Below, in pieces: positions 56,243-64,000 of a stretch of DNA of 64,000 nt. The first letter of the stretch is position 1. The number at the start of each line of letters is the position of its first letter. The position numbers and the translations under genes were made by a program. Source of the stretch: Calditrichia bacterium (lineage in GTDB: Bacteria; Calditrichota; Calditrichia; JAJRVZ01); NCBI GenBank assembly GCA_963796965.1, contig CAWCNS010000004.1, forward strand, positions 768,001 through 832,000, written 5' to 3'. The notes beneath the pieces are model-generated. The model did no database searches and was not told the origin of the DNA. It saw only the letters and a program-made list of their open reading frames with translations.

Positions 56243-57781
56243 ATGAAGCTCTCTTACCGAATGCTTGTTGTTCTTATTCCTCTCCTGGCAATCTTTCTCT
56301 CCAATTGTCAAAAATCACAGGAATCCGAAGAAAAGCAGACGCTTACCATCAAAGATATTTGGATTAGCGATCCTCAGGATTTGGATGGTGATGGGTTTGT
56401 TTCTCATTACCGGTTAAATTTTGATATCGATGTAAATACAGGCAGTAAAGATGTATTTGTCTGGGTGGGGTTTCAATATTACGATCAGGCTGATACGGCG
56501 CAAACTTATTATGAATATTTTGAATCCGTAAATTTTACAATCGAAGGCAGTTCGGAAGGGGATGCCCAGTATATTAATGTTGGTAATCCGAATGGTGAAT
56601 TGGCACAGGCGGGTTATGATTTTCTTTTTATTGTTCATGATGCCTCTGAACCGGACACCAGGCTTGCTGAAGCTTCCGAAGGAGATGATGATGATCTGGC
56701 AAATATCCCTATTGAATTATCTGCAACTGATATTGGCGTTTTAATATATGATGCCTGGTTTGGGGACTATATAGATCAGGATGGAGATGGTTATAGCTCA
56801 AAGGCAACGCTTTTTGTGGATGCCGATGCAACTCCCGGGAATAGTGGGGAAGTTCAATTGGTACTCTATGAAAAGATGACAGGATCCAATGATTATAATT
56901 TTATCGGGTTAACGGATGCTTTTACAGTGACCGGTGAGGAAACGGATGATATCATTGCCACAACCCTGTCCGGTTTTGAATCTGGCTCCTATGATTTTAT
57001 GGTTGAATTAGTCTTTAGCGGCTCCTTCTATCTGGAGGATATGAAGAATGCAGAAAACTGGCCTGATATTGGAACAATTAAAATGGAGTTGGCTTCTGAT
57101 GATGAACCGGTTTTTCCTATAACATTTAATAATACGGTATATACAGATATTGACATTACTATTTCAGGATACGGTACAAAGGTTGCCCCTCCGGGTGGGA
57201 ATGTTACCTTTAACCTGTCTGGGAATCCTGGTTCTTTTACGTATCATGCAGAAACAGCCGGCTATACAACTGGCGGAACCAGAATCGGTAAGCTTGTAAC
57301 CTGGGATTATACCAATGATGTCAGCGGATTAACCTCAGCAACCTATAATCTGAATGTGGGTTCGAGTCTTTTCTTTCTGCGCATGCAAAACAGTGGCACG
57401 GTTGATCTTAATCCTTTATATGTAAACTACGGCACCACGGCTCAAACCATGGATAATATTGTGATTCCTAAAGGTGGCACGATTTATCGTATTGGTTATT
57501 ATGAGGCATATACCAATACGCAGGTTAGAGCCTATAAGAGTGGGATATCTGGCTATATATATTGGGATCAGGGTACACATTTTACCTTACCTTTTACATC
57601 TAACCAAACTGTAACTTTATTGAATACCTTAAAGACAAAGACGAATATAGTGGTTGGCGATGATAAAAGTAGCCCGGTTGCAGCTGGAACTGAAAAACCC
57701 TTAATTGATCAAACTATCCAAAGTAATTTTAAAAATATTGGTGAAGGTGAACTGCAAATAGGAGAAGCGGCAAAAGAATAA
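56243..57781 (+). CDS. Acidic lipoprotein with two choice-of-anchor-H-like repeats and a C-terminal beta-rich region
   Basis: FLSNC lipobox; two units of D.DGDG(F/Y)..(F/V)D.D..F(T/V).G...D..G.YDF. Confidence 0.7.
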   Translation: MKLSYRMLVVLIPLLAIFLSNCQKSQESEEKQTLTIKDIWISDPQDLDGDGFVSHYRLNFDIDVNTGSKDVFVWVGFQYYDQADTAQTYYEYFESVNFTIEGSSEGDAQYINVGNPNGELAQAGYDFLFIVHDASEPDTRLAEASEGDDDDLANIPIELSATDIGVLIYDAWFGDYIDQDGDGYSSKATLFVDADATPGNSGEVQLVLYEKMTGSNDYNFIGLTDAFTVTGEETDDIIATTLSGFESGSYDFMVELVFSGSFYLEDMKNAENWPDIGTIKMELASDDEPVFPITFNNTVYTDIDITISGYGTKVAPPGGNVTFNLSGNPGSFTYHAETAGYTTGGTRIGKLVTWDYTNDVSGLTSATYNLNVGSSLFFLRMQNSGTVDLNPLYVNYGTTAQTMDNIVIPKGGTIYRIGYYEAYTNTQVRAYKSGISGYIYWDQGTHFTLPFTSNQTVTLLNTLKTKTNIVVGDDKSSPVAAGTEKPLIDQTIQSNFKNIGEGELQIGEAAKE

Positions 57782-57834
57782 ATGATTTTTAGAAAAGAAT
57801 AAAAATGCATAAATAAAAAGAATGAGGTATAGAG

Positions 57835-58188
57835 ATGAAATATATAACAATTGTTTTTCTGTTAATTATTATGACCGTTTTGGTTTTTGCTCGGGCCAAT
57901 CAGGTGACTAGCAATAAAAAGAAGGCTACCTTCATAGAACAGGGTAAATCTGTTGAATTCGGTGAAACATCCGTTAGGGTTGAAAAAAATGCTTCCGGGC
58001 TTATTGAGGTGCAGCAAAATGGTAATCAGGTTGGGCGTAGAAGCAAAGAAAAGGAACCCATGGGATCAGCCAGCAGTTCAGGACCTGCTGTAAAGATAAT
58101 GAAGATTAATGCCAAACCGACTGTTTCTATACAGGAAGTTGCACGTTCACTGGACAATGATGGTGAAACGAAGAAAAGAAGTAAATAG
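57835..58188 (+). CDS. Small exported hypothetical protein
   Basis: GAGGT RBS, signal-peptide-like leader (VFA-R), basic hydrophilic body. Confidence 0.6.
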   Translation: MKYITIVFLLIIMTVLVFARANQVTSNKKKATFIEQGKSVEFGETSVRVEKNASGLIEVQQNGNQVGRRSKEKEPMGSASSSGPAVKIMKINAKPTVSIQEVARSLDNDGETKKRSK

Positions 58189-58189
58189 T

Positions 58190-58318
58190 AAATGACAAAT
58201 GCCCAAATCCAAATGCCAAATGAATGACCAAGCCCCAATGATTCAATAAAATGGCTATAACATAGTATTGAGTCATTGGGTATTGATTTGGCATTTTGGC
58301 TTGGATATTGGACATTTA
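58190..58318. repeat. AATGACAAATG/CATTTG inverted-repeat family, copy 2
   Basis: aaatgacaaatgcccaaatccaaatgccaaatg ... gatttggcattttggcttggatattggacattt. Confidence 0.6.
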
Positions 58319-58474
58319 ATTAATAACCTCGATTATAGTTACCAATTTATTAACGCACCTCACTTCCCCCTTAATCTATATTGTCTTAAATTCTATCATG
58401 TTATCTAAATTCCTAATTCCTAATTCCGAATGCCATGATGTAAATTAACAGATCATCAAATTAGACAAAGATAT

Positions 58475-61400
58475 ATGAACCATCTCACTCCAAATCAACA
58501 AGCGGCATTAGCACGCGATAAAAATATTGCTGTAACGGCAGGTGCAGGCACAGGAAAGACACGAATCCTGGTAGACCGGTATGTGGACATTTTATTGAAC
58601 GAAGAGGTTGAGGTAAAAGAGTTATTGGCGATAACTTTTACCAATAAGGCCGCCTCGGAGATGCTCGAACGTGTAAGCGAAAATGTTATGTTGCGTCTCA
58701 AGTCTGAAGAGGATGCACAGAGACGAAAAAAACTTACCCATATACATAATCATCTAAGTTCTGCTCAAATATCCACAATACATGCCTTTTGCGCGCGACT
58801 TTTAAGAGAGTATCCTTTGGAGAGTGGAAACCTTGATCCCGGTTTCAGGCAAACCGATGATTTTGAGATGGACTTGCTCATAGACGATAGCATCACAGAG
58901 CAGATTAAACAAATCAATCCGACCGACGATGAATGGCTTGATATGTTTCGTCTCTTTGGCGCACATAACATCAGGATGATGTTAGAGAAGTCCCTGGACT
59001 ACCGATATGAACTGAGCAGGACCACACAACGCTTTCAGAATGAATCACTCAATACGATGTTTGATTCTTTGGCAAATCAGTTTTTTAATTTAGTCACTGA
59101 GCAATTTTCGCCATCCTATCTGGATTCAATACAGTCCGTGAGTTTGTCTCTCCTACAATCATCTGTGATCGGGCAAAGTAGCAATGAGAAAAAAGAAACC
59201 GCTTTAAATGTATTAAATGATTATTGTGCAGAGGTTAATCCGGACACACTCAGTTATTGGAAATATCTCTATTTGTTGGCTGATCACTTTACTAAAAGGG
59301 ATGGTGGTGCCTATAAAAACCTGGCGCAATTGGGTGGAAAGAATGCCTGGACTACGCAGGAGATGGAGTGGCTCTTACAGTTATCTGACATGCTGGTACC
59401 GATAGCTGAGTGGAAAAAGAATGCCATTTCCACCTCCCCGGATGAGATAGACCGTGTTGTGCTTCGAAACCTTGTAAAATTTAACCATCTCTATCTTCTC
59501 CTTGACCTGAGCTATCAGGATAAAAAAAGACAGATATCGGCTGTTGACTATGAGGACTTGCAGTTGATGACATTGCATTTGCTTGAAAATCATCAGGAGA
59601 TAAAAAATCAGATAGCTTCCCGGTATAAATATATAATGGTTGATGAATTTCAGGATACGAATAAAGTCCAATGGGAAATTATTTCACGGTTGGGCGAGGA
59701 TAGTACAAATAAGTACTTTATCGTCGGGGATCCCAAGCAATCGATCTATGGTTTCAGAGCAGCTGACGTTCGGGTATTCAACACAGTTAAAAAAGAGTTT
59801 GCCGCGAAGAATATAGAAAGCGATCACTTGTTGTTCGAAAGTTTTCGATTTAAAGAAATTCTCAGCCGTTTTATAAATCATATATTTCCCAAAATCTTAA
59901 AACAATCAGAATCAAACCCTTGGGAAGTGGCCTATGATGATGTAGAGCCAAAAAGAGAAGATTCTGAGGGGGGACAGGTCGAATTCACTCTTTTAGATAA
60001 ATCTGATGATGAAAATATTCAAGCGGCATTTATTGCCAATCGGATTCTGGAATTACTTGAGACAACAGATTATGAAGCACGAGATATCGGTATCATAATG
60101 CGCTCACGTACCCATTTGACGGAAATTGAAAAACAACTAAGGGATCATGATATCTCTTTCAGAACGGTGGGAGGGATCGGATTTTACCAGGGACAGGAAA
60201 TATATGATGTTTACCATATGATAAAGTTTTTAATCAATCCCAACGATGATCTTGCACTGGTGGGGGTACTTCGTTCCCCCTTCGCTAACATATCTGATCT
60301 TGGGCTGTTTCATCTGAGTACCTACGATCGTGAAGAAGGTTACTGGGATGAACTACGTAATTTAGATAAAATTGATCATTTGTCAGATGATGATCGGCAA
60401 AATCTGAGGATGTTTATAGAGAAGGCAAATCAATGGAAAAACAGACGAGACCGAATTGGTTTATATGAATTGTTAACCGAAATATTTTCTGATAGTCTCT
60501 ATCGTTCGGTTGTTGCCGCTGATTTAAAAGGTGACCAGATTCTTGCTAATATTGAAAAAATTCTAAATTATGCCCTGATTTATGAAAAAAACCAATCGGG
60601 TTCAATCGTTGATTTTTCAGAATCGTTGAAATACCTGATTAACCGGCATCAAAAAGAGGGAGAAGCGATTCTTGACCTTAACGATGATAATACGGTGAAA
60701 ATAATGACCATTCACCAATCAAAAGGATTAGAATTTCCAATTGTGTTTTTACCTTTTCTCGATCAAAGCAGTGGGTCGTCCGCTTCCCATTCTATTTACT
60801 TTGATGAATCTTTTGGAACGGTTGCTAAAATTCAGAAAGATTATTTTACAAAAATAAACTCAAATTCCGAATCTTGTTTTATTTATGATCTGGCAAAATT
60901 TAAACAGAAAAATAAAGAATATGCTGAACTAAAACGCCTGTTTTATGTTGGATGTACACGTGCCAGAGATCACTTGATTTTAAGTGCCCAGCTTAAAAAG
61001 GACAAGGTCCCTGAGGATACGCCTCTTAGCTGGCTTATGATGGCAATGAATAAAGAGCATGATCAACTTGAAAACGGTTGGTTGGAACTTGAGAACGATT
61101 TAAAAATTCTGATCCACAGATCATTTGACGGAAAAATAACTTCTCAGGATCATGATCATAAAAATATTATAACTTCTCTGGATGAACTTAGAACTATAAA
61201 GGAAACTGATATAGATACCATTACTACTCCTCCAATCTTGTTGCCAACTAATGATCATCCTCAGGGAGAGATATTTTCCGCCACGCAATTATTAACATTT
61301 AAAGAAGATCGAAGGGAATATCAGCAACGCTATCATCTTGGATATTTTGAAGATGATTATGAAAAGATTGGTTTGGGGGAGGTTCATGAAGAACATGCCC

Positions 61401-61909
61401 TTGTGAGAGGAACCTTGGTTCATAAAATGATGGAACGATACCCTGATTATAATATTGATGATCTCATTTCGGAAATGGATATTTCAGATGCGTCTCTGAT
61501 AAGCGATTTAAAAGAAGATATAGGATATTTGGAAACAAAAATCCGGAACTCAACCCAAATTTTAGACACCTTACAAGCACAGAATTTTAAAAATGAAATT
61601 AATATTTTACGACAATTGGGAAATGATTTTTTAACGGGAACTTTGGACAAAATTTTTCAGGATGAAAAGGGGAACTGGGTCGTTTTAGATTATAAAACAA
61701 ATCGTATTAGCAAAAAGGATGTTGATAGCACAGCCAGGCGATATAAGGTTCAAATGGATGTCTATGCACTTCTATTGCAGAGTGTATTCCCCAAACAGGA
61801 AAATTATGAGGTTCGATTATATTTTATCGATGCAGATGAGGTGTTTTGTGACACGTATACACGAGATCGGATTAAATCTCATGAAAGAGAATTTGAGAAG
61901 CTGAATTGA
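58475..61909 (+). CDS. addA: AddA-like UvrD-family helicase-nuclease
   Basis: AGAGTGKT, ITFTNKAA, VDEFQDTN, VGDPKQSIYGFR, MTIHQSKGLEF, YVGCTRA; C-terminal GTLD..LDYKT RecB-type nuclease. Confidence 0.85.
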   Translation: MNHLTPNQQAALARDKNIAVTAGAGTGKTRILVDRYVDILLNEEVEVKELLAITFTNKAASEMLERVSENVMLRLKSEEDAQRRKKLTHIHNHLSSAQISTIHAFCARLLREYPLESGNLDPGFRQTDDFEMDLLIDDSITEQIKQINPTDDEWLDMFRLFGAHNIRMMLEKSLDYRYELSRTTQRFQNESLNTMFDSLANQFFNLVTEQFSPSYLDSIQSVSLSLLQSSVIGQSSNEKKETALNVLNDYCAEVNPDTLSYWKYLYLLADHFTKRDGGAYKNLAQLGGKNAWTTQEMEWLLQLSDMLVPIAEWKKNAISTSPDEIDRVVLRNLVKFNHLYLLLDLSYQDKKRQISAVDYEDLQLMTLHLLENHQEIKNQIASRYKYIMVDEFQDTNKVQWEIISRLGEDSTNKYFIVGDPKQSIYGFRAADVRVFNTVKKEFAAKNIESDHLLFESFRFKEILSRFINHIFPKILKQSESNPWEVAYDDVEPKREDSEGGQVEFTLLDKSDDENIQAAFIANRILELLETTDYEARDIGIIMRSRTHLTEIEKQLRDHDISFRTVGGIGFYQGQEIYDVYHMIKFLINPNDDLALVGVLRSPFANISDLGLFHLSTYDREEGYWDELRNLDKIDHLSDDDRQNLRMFIEKANQWKNRRDRIGLYELLTEIFSDSLYRSVVAADLKGDQILANIEKILNYALIYEKNQSGSIVDFSESLKYLINRHQKEGEAILDLNDDNTVKIMTIHQSKGLEFPIVFLPFLDQSSGSSASHSIYFDESFGTVAKIQKDYFTKINSNSESCFIYDLAKFKQKNKEYAELKRLFYVGCTRARDHLILSAQLKKDKVPEDTPLSWLMMAMNKEHDQLENGWLELENDLKILIHRSFDGKITSQDHDHKNIITSLDELRTIKETDIDTITTPPILLPTNDHPQGEIFSATQLLTFKEDRREYQQRYHLGYFEDDYEKIGLGEVHEEHALVRGTLVHKMMERYPDYNIDDLISEMDISDASLISDLKEDIGYLETKIRNSTQILDTLQAQNFKNEINILRQLGNDFLTGTLDKIFQDEKGNWVVLDYKTNRISKKDVDSTARRYKVQMDVYALLLQSVFPKQENYEVRLYFIDADEVFCDTYTRDRIKSHEREFEKLN

Positions 61910-62058
61910 AGAAATAAAGCAGTATTATCCCTATACATCGAAGATGATTGTTTAAGTGCTTTCCATAATTTATCTCACGCCGCGCCGCAACGAATAGTAA
62001 ACATTCCTTTCCTCGTAGAGGATAAATTATTGTAATAACATGCATAAACGAACAGCCC

Positions 62059-62116
62059 ATCCTTGTAGAGGATGAATTATTGGTTGTACAATTAATTATA
62101 TATCCTCTACAAGGAT
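62059..62116. repeat. 15-bp perfect inverted repeat
   Basis: atccttgtagaggat / atcctctacaaggat with a 28-nt loop; a partial direct copy lies at ~62011. Confidence 0.6.
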
Positions 62117-62282
62117 TAGATGTTTTTATGGTACGATTATTGCTACTTCAATAATAAAACCTTTATGAGTTTATAACCTAATATCACAATATCGGGGATT
62201 TATAAACCGAAAGGAAAACAATCGCTGCAACGCTGCGTCGTTGCGTGAGGTCGTCCAGCCTATAGGTTAGATCGAAGGAAAT

Positions 62283-62322
62283 AAAAAAGCCTTATCCCCA
62301 AAAAGGGAATAAGGCTTTTTTT
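62283..62322. terminator. Bidirectional intrinsic terminator between convergent addA and the PorV-like gene
   Basis: aaaaaagccttatccc-caaaaa-gggaataaggcttttttt. Confidence 0.75.
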
Positions 62323-62337
62323 ATTAAAAACCAAATC

Positions 62338-62365
62338 GTAAAGGCGCGATTAATCGCGTCTCTAC
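62338..62365. repeat. REP-like palindrome, copy 2
   Basis: gtaaaggcgcgattaatcgcgtctctac. Confidence 0.7.
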
Positions 62366-62383
62366 AAATGTTGGTTGTTTGCT

Positions 62384-63397
62384 TTAGAAAGCACCGGATA
62401 GAGAAAAGCGTAATACAGATCCGAGGACACTGCCCATATCACTATAGGAAACATCGATCTTGCCGGAAAAGGCATCTGTATTCAAATTAAATCCGGCACC
62501 GGCAGCAAATCCGCCAACGCCATCTGCAGAGCGAGAACCTTCCCAACCCAGTCGCAGAGAGAGCATGTTCATCATCCCATATTCAAGACCGACGTTCACA
62601 AATTGAGGGCGGTCTTGGGGATCAACACCTTCCACCGCTAACCAGGCGGTGTGGTCTGAAGCAGGTGCATAATCAAACATCTGCCACAAATCTGCGGCGA
62701 TACCTATTTTATAGGCCTGTGGTATCTGGAATTCCTCATTCTCAAATAATTGCTGACCAGCATAATTCCTTATGGACATGGTTAGCATGAGGCTTCTCCA
62801 ACCTGTTTGGAAGGATGTTCCGAAATCAAAAGCAATATCACTGATTTCGTTTTTCTTACCACCCTCTTCCAGCTCATCCCCGGTAAAGGTGTCATTCTGG
62901 CCAAGGTTCTGGCTTACCCACTTGATATTACCACCGATGGCAAAAAGATCGGTCATTTTGATACCATAACCGATACCGACGGACATGGCACTAACCGTAC
63001 CAACGTCAATTTCCGAATATCCGGCTTCATTATTGGCAATGGCGGTACCATTGAAATCACCGTAATCCATCAATTGGGCATGGAGAGCGAAGGTACCATA
63101 GGTACCGGTGTTCCAGGATATGGCCATATGGGAAACACTCATATCAGCAATCCATTGGGTGTAGTTGAAGTAAAAAGCACGTTTTTCGACGGTTGCCAAA
63201 CCGGCAGGATTATAAAAAACACTACCCAGATCATTCTGCGCCCAATCGAAAACATGTGCCATACCGGCTGCCCGTGCACTACCTCCAACACTGAGAAAGG
63301 TCATACCGGCCTGGCCTAGCTTTTTCATTTCCGCCTGAGCTGGTTGGGCAGCCCAAATGAAAAGGATTAATATTAATAAAAAACAGATTTTTTTCAT
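62384..63397 (-). CDS. PorV/PorQ-family outer-membrane beta-barrel protein
   Basis: Signal peptide; GMTFLSVGGSARAAGMA, FYNPAGLA, AFDFG, C-terminal Phe. Confidence 0.8.
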   Translation of the reverse strand: MKKICFLLILILFIWAAQPAQAEMKKLGQAGMTFLSVGGSARAAGMAHVFDWAQNDLGSVFYNPAGLATVEKRAFYFNYTQWIADMSVSHMAISWNTGTYGTFALHAQLMDYGDFNGTAIANNEAGYSEIDVGTVSAMSVGIGYGIKMTDLFAIGGNIKWVSQNLGQNDTFTGDELEEGGKKNEISDIAFDFGTSFQTGWRSLMLTMSIRNYAGQQLFENEEFQIPQAYKIGIAADLWQMFDYAPASDHTAWLAVEGVDPQDRPQFVNVGLEYGMMNMLSLRLGWEGSRSADGVGGFAAGAGFNLNTDAFSGKIDVSYSDMGSVLGSVLRFSLSGAF

Positions 63398-63463
63398 GAG
63401 ACTTGCCTCCGTATTGAACTTTTCGTGGAGTAAAATATGTTTTGCATTAGCGTATTCTCCTGG

Positions 63464-64000
63464 TTATCTGACGACGATAAATTTATCAACATGATCACCC
63501 AGGTCGCTTTCCACGGTATAAATGTAAACATCACTTACGATATACTGATTGAATTCAGTACGTAAATCCCAATCTTCACTGTTACTGCCATCCATATGTT
63601 CGATCTTATGTACATAATCCCCGTTGGTGGTATAGATGGTGATTGTACATTCCGGCGGTAATCCTGTAAATACGATTTTATCCGGCTCACCGGGGTAAGT
63701 TTTACCGGCAGCGCTATAGGGATTGGGAACAACCCTGATGTTATCAAGATTAGTTAGTCCATCGATGGATGGACTAGCACCCTGAGGGGCCCAGCCTGTC
63801 CAGGTATGATACTTGCTGCTTTCCAGAGAAACACCCGGATCTTCCCAGTTTTCAGAACCGTCATCATAAGCAACGACATAATAAAAATACTGAAAACCCG
63901 GAGTAACATTATTATCAACCGTTTCGGTAGCGGTACCGTCGTAAATTACACGGTAGATACTATCGCGGGCACCAATTGCTCTATAGACGCGATAACCGGC
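63464..64000 (-). CDS. 3' end of a secreted protein with an FN3-like region and a VVPNPY-type C-terminal domain (partial; absent from the ORF track)
   Basis: Open frame of 179 codons from the window edge: AGYRVYR..YFYYVVAYDDG..IRVVPNPY..IVFTGLPPECTITIYT.NG..WDLRT..VYIY.VES..KFIVVR-stop. Confidence 0.8.
   Translation of the reverse strand, partial: AGYRVYRAIGARDSIYRVIYDGTATETVDNNVTPGFQYFYYVVAYDDGSENWEDPGVSLESSKYHTWTGWAPQGASPSIDGLTNLDNIRVVPNPYSAAGKTYPGEPDKIVFTGLPPECTITIYTTNGDYVHKIEHMDGSNSEDWDLRTEFNQYIVSDVYIYTVESDLGDHVDKFIVVR

Noticed and set aside
52886..61909. Helicase plus nuclease as an anti-phage or Cas4 system
   Set aside because: Sizes, motifs and Fe-S cysteine layout fit housekeeping AddAB, and there is no defence-island context
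62807..63319. 170-aa plus-strand ORF
   Set aside because: Antisense shadow of the PorV-like gene

Overview
Bacterial chromosomal window (about 40% GC by eye) with clear AGGAG ribosome-binding sites, NYPNPFNPST-type secretion C-terminal domains and a PorV/PorQ-family gene. These suggest a Calditrichota/KSB1/Ignavibacteria-like organism (inference). Layout: (1) 0-19.2 kb, minus strand: a glycoside-oxidation (3-ketoglycoside-type) cluster with five Gfo/Idh/MocA oxidoreductases (four Tat-exported), two DUF1080 proteins, a ThuA-HEAT fusion, two xylose-isomerase-like TIM barrels, a nucleoside-permease-type MFS and a tetraheme NapC/NirT cytochrome fused to an FGE/SUMF1-fold domain. (2) A divergent kdgF-kdgK-eda-sugar porter operon, converging on a cyclic-nucleotide-binding-domain/phosphofructokinase fusion. 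(3) A secreted repeat protein, DUF4097, HAD, YHS and uvrB. (4) A CarH/LitR-like B12-binding regulator divergent from an ECF sigma factor, a protein built from four ~708-bp DUF4397-like repeats, a TonB-dependent receptor, TIGR01777 and metH. (5) gdhA, two PEP-synthase-N-like ATP-grasp proteins and a saccharopine dehydrogenase. (6) addB, two exported-protein genes and addA. (7) The 3' end of a PorV-associated operon. Many genes, including uvrB and metH, carry single-base frameshifts that are most likely uncorrected long-read errors. Intergenic DNA is rich in small inverted-repeat and heptamer families. No rRNA, tRNA, CRISPR array or transposase was recognised. All family assignments are by motif recognition; no searches were run.
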